Shown here in pieces: positions 1 through 7,313 of a DNA stretch of 35,021 nucleotides. The notes under the pieces are model-generated. The model did not search any database, had not been told where the DNA came from, and saw only the letters and a program-made list of their open reading frames with translations. Origin of the DNA: a virus (Duplodnaviria; Caudoviricetes); IMG/VR virus record IMGVR_UViG_3300031229_000079, positions 1-35,021 of that record. One strand, given 5' to 3'. The position numbers and the translations under genes were made by a program. Positions within the stretch are counted from its first letter, which is position 1, and the number at the start of each line of letters is the position of its first letter.

Positions 1-1
1 C

Positions 2-406
2 GCGCTGTACAACGCCTTCGACATCTTCGTCTCGACATCACGCGGTGAAGGGTTCGGCCTGACGCTCGCCGAGGCAGCTTCCTGTGGTGTGCCAGTGATT
101 GCCCAGAATGTCTCCGCGATCCCAGAGGTCGTTGGGCCAGGCGGCCTTCTCGTAGAACCGTCAGGCGTCATGGTCACGGTGCCCTCGGGCCAGGATCTCT
201 GGATGCCCGACGTGGCGGCTTTCTCTGAGGCCATCGAGCGCCTCTACCACTCGTCCGGTCTGCGACGCGACCTGGGGGAGAAGGGCCGGGCACACGTGCT
301 CGCCAATTTCTCCTGGGACTTCGCAGCAGCTCGCATGGACGAGTTCATCAGGGCGCTGGCCAGTGCCAGCCATCCCGATCAGGAGGTACCGGTTCCCGAT
401 GGATGA
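2..406 (+). CDS. Glycosyltransferase, GT-B/GT4 family, C-terminal part (5' truncated by window)
   Basis: Frame open from base 2: ALYNAFDIFVSTSRGEGFGLTLAEAASCGVPVIAQNVSAIPEVV...FSW; contains the EGFG-x4-EA GT4 signature. Confidence 0.9.
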   Translation, partial: ALYNAFDIFVSTSRGEGFGLTLAEAASCGVPVIAQNVSAIPEVVGPGGLLVEPSGVMVTVPSGQDLWMPDVAAFSEAIERLYHSSGLRRDLGEKGRAHVLANFSWDFAAARMDEFIRALASASHPDQEVPVPDG

Positions 407-1634
407 GTACAACGATGCACCAATCAAGTTCAACATTTACACCCGAGCCTGGGACGCCGAGCGGCAGGAGTTCCTGCCTGACGCGCTGACCGCGAGCATC
501 GGCACCGACAAGCGCATGCGCCTCTCAGGTACCGCCTCCTCAACGATCAAGGACCTCCACGGTGACGAGATCATCGAGACCGGCCTGATCGATATGGAGA
601 CCGCGGCCAACAACAACCTGACGATCTTCGGCAACCACAGCTACCAGGTCCCCGAAGACGTCTACGGCTCCGTCGAGGCGGCAGTCCTCGCCCGGGCGGT
701 CGCACAGACCAAGACCGGCGACCCTGTCCACGACCTCCGGATGTCAATCGTTGTCAACGAAGAGAATGATCGTGCGGTCAAGACCTGGAAGGCGATCAGC
801 AAAGGCACGAAGCTCGGACTCTCAATCGGCGCAATGATCCCCGAGGGCGGGGCCCGGATCGACAAGAAGTCGAAGCGGCTGATCATCGAGCACCTCGAGC
901 TTCTCGAGACCTCGATTGTCGGCATCCCGGCCAACCCCCGGAGCTGGGTCGATAGCGCACGCAAGAGCTATCTCGAGGCGCCCCAGACGATCGACGCAGA
1001 CATCGGCGAGACACTCGCGCCGCTTACGTCCTACACCCAAACCGTCGGCGATTTCAGCCAGACCATCACCACCGCCGACCCCAACTTCAAGTTCACCTTT
1101 CCCCAGACCGACGGCACCATCACCGCTGGCATCGACGGCATGACCGTCGACACCCCGGACGACGAGATCGTCGCCCCTACCCCTGAGTCCGATGTCGAGA
1201 CCGACGCCGAGCCCACGCCAGTGGAAAAGGACGTCGAGCCGACCGAAGACGAGACCCCGGCAGCTCCTCAGAGCGAGCCCCCCAGCGACGAAGTGACCAA
1301 CTCGGCCAGCGAGGCGGTCGCGCAGGCGCAGGAGGTAGTGGTCGGCATGGACGCGGAGGTCACGTCCGCGTTCGCGATGCTTGGCGATCTCGTGGAGAAG
1401 CTCGTTGGTGAGCTGACCTCCGAGCGTGAAGCCAAGCGTGCTGCTGAGCAGCAGCGTGACGCCGCGATGGCGGAGGCAGGCCAGGCAATTGTCAAGGCCA
1501 CGTCCATCGTCGCGAAGCTGGCCGAGCTTCCTCTCGGCCCCCGCGCGGCGGTTGTCCGCGACGCGGCGAAGAGTGATCTCTCCGATCTGGAGGACATCTA
1601 CTCCCGCGACTTCCTTGATCTTCTGAGGAGCTAA
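399..1634 (+). CDS. HK97-family prohead protease with acidic linker and coiled-coil (scaffold-like) C-terminus
   Basis: G-x-AS...D-x-HGD, NH, GLSIG and LLETSIVGIPANP motifs; AGGAGG at 381-386 favours ATG 399 over ORF-track start 363. Confidence 0.88.
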   Translation: MDEYNDAPIKFNIYTRAWDAERQEFLPDALTASIGTDKRMRLSGTASSTIKDLHGDEIIETGLIDMETAANNNLTIFGNHSYQVPEDVYGSVEAAVLARAVAQTKTGDPVHDLRMSIVVNEENDRAVKTWKAISKGTKLGLSIGAMIPEGGARIDKKSKRLIIEHLELLETSIVGIPANPRSWVDSARKSYLEAPQTIDADIGETLAPLTSYTQTVGDFSQTITTADPNFKFTFPQTDGTITAGIDGMTVDTPDDEIVAPTPESDVETDAEPTPVEKDVEPTEDETPAAPQSEPPSDEVTNSASEAVAQAQEVVVGMDAEVTSAFAMLGDLVEKLVGELTSEREAKRAAEQQRDAAMAEAGQAIVKATSIVAKLAELPLGPRAAVVRDAAKSDLSDLEDIYSRDFLDLLRS

Positions 1635-1636
1635 GA

Positions 1637-2992
1637 ATGGACCACGAGGAGCTGGCTGCCCTCAAGCGCTCGCTGGCGGAAACGCTGGAGCGCTTCGGGA
1701 CGGCCCTCGACGGCCTCAACGACACGCCAAACACGGCCCCCGCGGTCGCGCAGGGCGTCGGTGACGCCATCACCCCGACCCCGTCTTCCCGCCGACTCAT
1801 GTCCCGCAAGGAACTGTTCGGTGTCCGGGAGGCGCTCAAGACCAAGAGCAACGCCGAGCTGATGATGCTCTTTTCGGAGCAGGCTGGGCATAAGGACAAG
1901 GGCATTCCCCTTGACTACTGGCTGTCAGTCGGTGGTCAGCCCGCGTACGACGCGTTCAGTGGCCTGGCGCGTGATGTCGAGCCCGACATTCAGCGGGCGC
2001 TCGACACGGGCGGGGCAGCGGCCCTGATCCGGCAGGACCTTGAGCCGGTCCTGTACGAGCTGTTCATCCGCATGTTCCCGGCTTTTGACCGGATGCGGAG
2101 GGAGCCCGCGAACGGCCTGGTCCACACATGGAACCAGATCACCGACTTCGGCGACGCGCAGTTCATGGCCGAGCTTGGCACTGTCCAGGACGACCGGAGC
2201 ACGTACGTTCGCCAGACCACGAACGTTGCCATCATCAGCACCCGGCGCGGCATCAGCCTCAAGGCGCGCGCTGCGGTTCCTGCTGGCGGCATGGCGTGGA
2301 ACCCCGAGCAGATCGAGCTTCAGGGCGGACTGCGCTCCATCGCACACCGCATGCAGCAGCAGATCTTCTCGGGCCACGCGACAGACTCCGGCGGCACAGC
2401 CACCAACGAACTGGGCCTCTACGACGCGAACGCGTTCACCGGCCTTCGGTCGATCCTGAATTCGGCGCGGGCGCAGAACGTCGATCCGGCAACCAACCCG
2501 GACACGACCGGCAACATCCAGTTCGCGGTCGATGCCGCAATCGAGGAGGTTGTTCAGCAGGGCGGCGCGATGCCGTCCATCCTGTGGAGCCACCCCCACG
2601 AGAAGCGAACCTTCAACGAGCAGCAGGCGTCAAAGACCCGAATCGTCATCCCGAACCAGACCAACATCGCGATCGGCGTGACGGCGTCCTCGATCAACAC
2701 AGTCGCGGGCGAGCTTCCGTGGGCTGTCGTGCCTGGCGACTCGATCAACGAGTACGAGTACGGAGGCGCGACAGTGAATGGCGTGGCCTCGGGTGATGAC
2801 GTCCGGGATCTGTACATCCTCGACGAGAGCACGATCACCCTGCCGTTCCTGGGTTCTGAGGGCCCCACGGTCCTCGACATCCCGGTCGGCATCTCGGGCC
2901 AGCTCATCCATCTGTACATCGTGTTCGGGATGTGGGGTTTGGCGTGCAAGGCGCCGACCTTCTCGAACAAGGTGCGCGTCAAGACCGGTTAA
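1637..2992 (+). CDS. Major capsid protein (HK97 fold)
   Basis: 451 aa directly after protease; ALIRQDLEP motif, FTGL motif, followed by a strong hairpin. Confidence 0.85.
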   Translation: MDHEELAALKRSLAETLERFGTALDGLNDTPNTAPAVAQGVGDAITPTPSSRRLMSRKELFGVREALKTKSNAELMMLFSEQAGHKDKGIPLDYWLSVGGQPAYDAFSGLARDVEPDIQRALDTGGAAALIRQDLEPVLYELFIRMFPAFDRMRREPANGLVHTWNQITDFGDAQFMAELGTVQDDRSTYVRQTTNVAIISTRRGISLKARAAVPAGGMAWNPEQIELQGGLRSIAHRMQQQIFSGHATDSGGTATNELGLYDANAFTGLRSILNSARAQNVDPATNPDTTGNIQFAVDAAIEEVVQQGGAMPSILWSHPHEKRTFNEQQASKTRIVIPNQTNIAIGVTASSINTVAGELPWAVVPGDSINEYEYGGATVNGVASGDDVRDLYILDESTITLPFLGSEGPTVLDIPVGISGQLIHLYIVFGMWGLACKAPTFSNKVRVKTG

Positions 2993-3000
2993 CCCATTCC

Positions 3001-3033
3001 ACCTGGCGGCGGGTCCCTTCACCGCCGCCAGGT
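3001..3033 (+). terminator. Stem-loop after capsid gene (terminator or mRNA stabiliser)
   Basis: Perfect 12-bp stem ACCTGGCGGCGG/CCGCCGCCAGGT with 9-nt loop; U-tract poor. Confidence 0.6.
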
Positions 3034-3054
3034 TCCATCTGACAGGAGCAACGC

Positions 3055-3936
3055 GTGCTCTACGTCACGCCTGAGAAGTACCGAACACAAGGGTTCGGGA
3101 TCGAACTGGCGGACATCGAGGATGTCGAGCTGGCGGCGATCCTCGAGCGGGCATCCTCCCTGGCGGAGGGCTACTGCGCGGTGCCTGTTGGGCACAGCTT
3201 CTTCGGCGGTTCAGTTGTCGGGGAACAGCACGACTGGACCCTGCCCATCAACCCGCTGGAGTTGGGGCGGCGGCGCATCTGGCCGCTGCACTGGCCAATC
3301 CTCGCGGTCTCTTCGTTGCGGGTCAACGCGACGAACACCCAGTATGTCGACGTAGCGCCATCCGAGTTGTTCATCAACAACACCGACCGCTACGTCGAGG
3401 TCACATCCTTCGCTTTCACCAACGTCGGATTGTTCGGGGCAGGCATCGCCGGGATCGGCCTGATCAGCCCCGTCGCCTCCATTAGCTACACGTATGGTCG
3501 GCAATTCCACGCGCTCAACGAGACGCTCTACCCGACGGATGCTCGGACGTATCGAGCATCGCACCAGTTCTGGGATCTCACGACTGACCCGGTGGTCTTT
3601 GTGAACGGCGTCGAGATGGACTCGGCCGATTACACCGTTGATGCACTCGAGGGCGTGATCGTCTTTAACGACCAGCTGACTGCGACCGATCGCGTGACCG
3701 CTGATTACGATCACAAGCTGCCCTGGGAGATCCGGGACGCAGTCGGGCAGCTCGCCACCTACCTCCTCACCGGGCGCCAGGTCGCCATGTCCACCATGGG
3801 TGGGCTCCAGACGCTCAAGGTCGGTGAAGTCTCGATGACCACCCCGACCCATCGCCTGTCCAGCGTCACTATCGATCAGGTGGTTCCTGCGGCAGCCTGG
3901 CTGCTCGACGGCTTCCGTTACATCACGGTTCGTTGA
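3055..3936 (+). CDS. Head-tail connector/adaptor with inserted beta-rich domain
   Basis: Position after capsid; N-term LAAILERASSLAEGYC and C-term LPWEIRDAVGQLA...LLDGFR typical of gp15/gp6-like adaptors; AGGAG RBS before GTG. Confidence 0.7.
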   Translation: MLYVTPEKYRTQGFGIELADIEDVELAAILERASSLAEGYCAVPVGHSFFGGSVVGEQHDWTLPINPLELGRRRIWPLHWPILAVSSLRVNATNTQYVDVAPSELFINNTDRYVEVTSFAFTNVGLFGAGIAGIGLISPVASISYTYGRQFHALNETLYPTDARTYRASHQFWDLTTDPVVFVNGVEMDSADYTVDALEGVIVFNDQLTATDRVTADYDHKLPWEIRDAVGQLATYLLTGRQVAMSTMGGLQTLKVGEVSMTTPTHRLSSVTIDQVVPAAAWLLDGFRYITVR

Positions 3937-3937
3937 C

Positions 3938-4336
3938 GTGAAGTTGCTGTCAGACGCCCAGCTGACTGCCATCCAGAAGGTCGCGATCCGGGGCATGCAA
4001 ACCGATGTGACGATTTTCCGGCGCTCCGCCAGCCTCGGTCTCGAAACAACCGATGATCCCTACGGCTCGTCGGTGAGCTACGCCGAGCTGCCAGACACCG
4101 CGACCACCACGTCCACAGTCAAGGGCATGCTCCGCGAAGTCAACGTCCCGTCGACTGACGTTGACTCAGGGCAGCTGGTGACCATCAGCTCGTTCCGACT
4201 CTGGGTGCCGGTCGACACGAACATCCTGCCAGGCGATCAGGTTGAAATCGGGGGTAACACCTACACGGTGATCGATACCACCGCCGACACCACCTGGCCC
4301 CCATTCCTGGAGTGTTCGCTCCGCAGGGCTGAGTAA
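3938..4336 (+). CDS. Head closure (stopper) protein
   Basis: 132 aa; ILPGDQVEIGGNTYTV motif typical of head-closure proteins; synteny. Confidence 0.65.
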   Translation: MKLLSDAQLTAIQKVAIRGMQTDVTIFRRSASLGLETTDDPYGSSVSYAELPDTATTTSTVKGMLREVNVPSTDVDSGQLVTISSFRLWVPVDTNILPGDQVEIGGNTYTVIDTTADTTWPPFLECSLRRAE

Positions 4337-5206
4337 ATGTTCGATTACCAGCGCCTGGTCGACTCCATCACTGAAGCCGCCGAGCAGGGCGTCAAGGCCT
4401 CGCTTGAGGACATCCGGAACGACGCCCGCAGGCGCGCCCCTGTCCGGAAGCTGTTCAAGGGTGGCGGCAGGCGCAGCGTCACGGCCCACATCGGCGTCCA
4501 CAATCACGCGGTCACGGGTAAGCCGTATCAGCTGGCCCGTCGCGTCGCGGGGCTGACCCTCGGTGGCTCACCGCTGCGGGGCTCGCAGAACACATCGGTC
4601 CCAACGACTCGAAGACTCAGGGCATTCGGCGGGCAACGACTCGCAGGCTCGGCCGATCACACCTTCCGCGAAGTCAAGCGCGTCGGCAACGACAGCTTCA
4701 CCTTCGCCAGCACCAAGGCCCGCTTCAAGATCGGTGGCAAGTCACGCCTGATCGATGTGCACAGTGAGATCAACCGTCGGGCGCGGTACGACGTCTCGCG
4801 GGGACGGGGGATCAACGCCAGCGCAGGTGGTGTCACTGAGTTCGGTGGCACGCTGCGTGACTCGATCCAGGTCGAGGGCCCGACGCGATCGGGCTACCGG
4901 ATCGTGGGCTACGTCGTCGCCTCGGCGATCGAGCACGGCTTCAACTACGCCTACGCGCAAGAGTTCGGTACGGCCCACAACGCACCGCAGCCGTTCCTAC
5001 GCCCAGCACTTCGAAACTTCTTCGCCCGACTGGGGGCCGTCCAGCAAACGTCGATCAAGACGCACCTGGAACGGCGGCCCCATCCGGTGCGCCTCATCGC
5101 CAGCGAGATCGAGTTGGTGCTCTCGCCGACCGGGTCATTCGGTGCAACTGGCAGCGGATCAGCCCTGGTCAAGCTTGGGAACAAACTCGACCGAGCATTC
5201 GGGTAA
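4337..5206 (+). CDS. HK97 gp10-like neck protein with large basic insertion
   Basis: ARRRAPV...GTLRDSI...YAYAQEFGT...PQPFLRPAL motifs. Confidence 0.8.
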   Translation: MFDYQRLVDSITEAAEQGVKASLEDIRNDARRRAPVRKLFKGGGRRSVTAHIGVHNHAVTGKPYQLARRVAGLTLGGSPLRGSQNTSVPTTRRLRAFGGQRLAGSADHTFREVKRVGNDSFTFASTKARFKIGGKSRLIDVHSEINRRARYDVSRGRGINASAGGVTEFGGTLRDSIQVEGPTRSGYRIVGYVVASAIEHGFNYAYAQEFGTAHNAPQPFLRPALRNFFARLGAVQQTSIKTHLERRPHPVRLIASEIELVLSPTGSFGATGSGSALVKLGNKLDRAFG

Positions 5207-5218
5207 GGACGGACAGCG

Positions 5219-5638
5219 ATGGCTACGACGTCCGCCGCGATCAAGCAGAGCCTCGTTGCCGCCCTCCGCGCCAACGCAACGCTCAAGGCCGCCTTGACTG
5301 GCGGAATCCATGAGGGCTTTGCCCCCGCGCGAGTCCAGACGTATCCACTGCTCACGTACAACCTCGTGGCCGCCCCCTACGCCGACGACTGGGGCAGCCG
5401 GATGATCGTGGCGCTACTGGACGTCTTCATCCACGCGGAGAACCCGGTCGTCGCCAACAACGTCGACCAGCTCGTCCTGGCGACGCTCGATGGAGCGTCG
5501 CTCTCAGTGACCGGGCAGACGAACCTGATCTGCTATCGCACCGCCGATCAACCCGGCGGGATCAGCGAGTCCGCAGAGGGCCGGAAGTTTTACCAGGTCG
5601 GCGGGTCCTACGAAGTCTGGACCGATCAGTCGCTGTGA
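5219..5638 (+). CDS. Tail terminator (DUF3168-like)
   Basis: 139 aa before tail tube; LRANATLKAALTGGIHEG...YPLLTY pattern. Confidence 0.7.
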   Translation: MATTSAAIKQSLVAALRANATLKAALTGGIHEGFAPARVQTYPLLTYNLVAAPYADDWGSRMIVALLDVFIHAENPVVANNVDQLVLATLDGASLSVTGQTNLICYRTADQPGGISESAEGRKFYQVGGSYEVWTDQSL

Positions 5639-5667
5639 CCTCGGTCATGTTGTAAAGGGAACTACAA

Positions 5668-6087
5668 ATGGCGGCCAACTCAGGGACGAAGCTGCATGGC
5701 AAGAATGGCGCGATCTACATCGGTGGTCCCAAGGGCTCCGGCACGAAGGTCGCTACGAAGTCAGAGTGGACCTTGAACCTCAACCGCGACTACGTCGATG
5801 CCACCGTGTTCGGTGACACCAACAAGACGTATCTCGTGGGCCTGAAGGACATCCAGGGTTCGTTCAATGGCATGCTCGATACGTCTGGCGATCTGCTGGT
5901 CAACGCGACCAACTCTGATGACCAGGACATCTACCTCTACGCCGATGATCGCACCAGCTTCGAGGTGCTCGTGGCTTCTGGCCCAGGCCTCTTCGATGCT
6001 TCGATCACCGCGTCGAACACCGACGCGATCCGCGTCTCGGGTAACTTCCGAGCGTCCGGCGCGTGGAGCGTCTTCACCGGTAGCTAA
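5668..6087 (+). CDS. Major tail tube protein
   Basis: HGKNGAIYI...EWTL...DATVFGD...GLKDIQGSFNG pattern of siphoviral tube proteins; synteny. Confidence 0.8.
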   Translation: MAANSGTKLHGKNGAIYIGGPKGSGTKVATKSEWTLNLNRDYVDATVFGDTNKTYLVGLKDIQGSFNGMLDTSGDLLVNATNSDDQDIYLYADDRTSFEVLVASGPGLFDASITASNTDAIRVSGNFRASGAWSVFTGS

Positions 6088-6114
6088 TCCACATCCAATC
6101 CACACAACGTGAGC

Positions 6115-6152
6115 TGGTGAGTCCCGTAGAGTAACTACTACGGGACTCACCA
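6115..6152 (+). terminator. Perfect 15-bp hairpin downstream of tail tube gene
   Basis: TGGTGAGTCCCGTAG-agtaacta-CTACGGGACTCACCA; no U-tract. Confidence 0.55.
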
Positions 6153-6171
6153 CATCATTGGAGGTTCGCTC

Positions 6172-6393
6172 ATGGACGTGATGATCAAGTGGTTCCAGCA
6201 GGCCTCTGACAAGACCCCGAATACCAACCCATGGCACGCGTTTCGGCTCGAATCACCGGCCGCTCTGTGCGGCAAGATCAACATCAGATACGGGTTCGAT
6301 GCAGTCGCTGACAACGTTCCGCCTGACGCCAAGGCTGACAAGGGATGCCTGACGGCCATCACCAAGGCTGAGAAGGCTGCCGCCAAGGCATAG
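6172..6393 (+). CDS. Hypothetical protein (73 aa; His/Cys pattern WHA...ALCG...CLT, possibly metal-binding)
   Basis: GGAGG RBS, fills gap in tail operon. Confidence 0.6.
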   Translation: MDVMIKWFQQASDKTPNTNPWHAFRLESPAALCGKINIRYGFDAVADNVPPDAKADKGCLTAITKAEKAAAKA

Positions 6394-6434
6394 GGAGAGT
6401 AGCCTCACTTTCACTCCCTCGTGGAGGAAGTTTT

Positions 6435-6758
6435 GTGCCGTACCTATTCAAGCGCATCTCTGGTGTGAGGGGCCAGATCACCATCCCTGATCTCGGCGCC
6501 GTGATCGGCGTCATGGAAAAGTGGGAACTCACGCGACGTGGAGCAGACAGCGGTACACACCGCTACGACCTCCGCGTCGTTTTTTCGTTTGTAAACCCCC
6601 TGTTGTTCAACGACACCGACTACGCGAAAGAAGCGAAGTTGATCGTTGGGCGCAGCAAAGAGTTCCGGGCTCACCTGGCCGAAGCTGAGGAAACGGTACT
6701 CAACGGCCGAGTCCTACTCGTCAAAGGAGTGAAGCTCTATGAACGCCAAGGTGGTTGA
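6435..6758 (+). CDS. Hypothetical tail protein, possible short tail-tube paralogue
   Basis: GGAGG RBS; N-term ISGVRGQITI...EKWELT resembles LHGKNGAIYI...SEWTL of 5668-6087. Confidence 0.55.
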   Translation: MPYLFKRISGVRGQITIPDLGAVIGVMEKWELTRRGADSGTHRYDLRVVFSFVNPLLFNDTDYAKEAKLIVGRSKEFRAHLAEAEETVLNGRVLLVKGVKLYERQGG

Positions 6759-7110
6759 TCTCCCGGCCCCGTCCGACATCCCGGCAGTGGTCAAGGCCAC
6801 AATCCGTGGGGTGACCTACACGGTCTCCGAATTGTCGATGGACCGGTACGACGAGCTGCTCAAGAAGGCGACCTCGAAGGTTCGCAATGAGATCACCGGC
6901 GAGGACGAAGAGAACGTCGATCAGCGCACGCTGATGCGCCTGATGATCATGGACAGCGTGCGCCCGAAGCCAGAATCAGTGATGAAGCTCGGCGTGCGGT
7001 ACTACCGCGCCCTGACTCAGCTCGTCAGCGATCTGCACTACGGCGATGAGCCGGTGAAGATCGAGACCGACGAAGCTGAAGTGGAGAACCCCCAGGGAAA
7101 CGCCGTCTGA
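6739..7110 (+). CDS. Tail assembly chaperone (gpG-like)
   Basis: Lies between tube and tape measure genes; slippery heptamer just before its stop. Confidence 0.8.
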   Translation: MNAKVVDLPAPSDIPAVVKATIRGVTYTVSELSMDRYDELLKKATSKVRNEITGEDEENVDQRTLMRLMIMDSVRPKPESVMKLGVRYYRALTQLVSDLHYGDEPVKIETDEAEVENPQGNAV

Positions 7111-7301
7111 CGAACCGCCAGATGGCGTTCGTCATTGCAAAGTGGTGGGGCGTCATGCCCCATGTCATCTGGCAGTACCCGTTCCGCTACTTCAAAGAAC
7201 TCCGCGATCACGTTGTTGAGGCATCGAAGCCCAGTGACAAGGACGCGGACGGTGGCGACTTCGACTGGGAAGACGAGTCGCTGACCGGGGGCCCCACCTG
7301 A
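7095..7301 (+). CDS. -1 frameshift extension of tail assembly chaperone (gpGT-like); slippery site GGGAAAC at 7095-7101
   Basis: In-frame G GGA AAC; -1 frame is open as GKRRLTNRQMAFVIAKWWGVMPHVIWQYPFRYFKELRDH...GGPT* to TGA 7299-7301, 12 nt before the tape measure start. Confidence 0.85.
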   Translation, partial: GKRRLTNRQMAFVIAKWWGVMPHVIWQYPFRYFKELRDHVVEASKPSDKDADGGDFDWEDESLTGGPT

Positions 7302-7313
7302 TCGGAGTCAACC

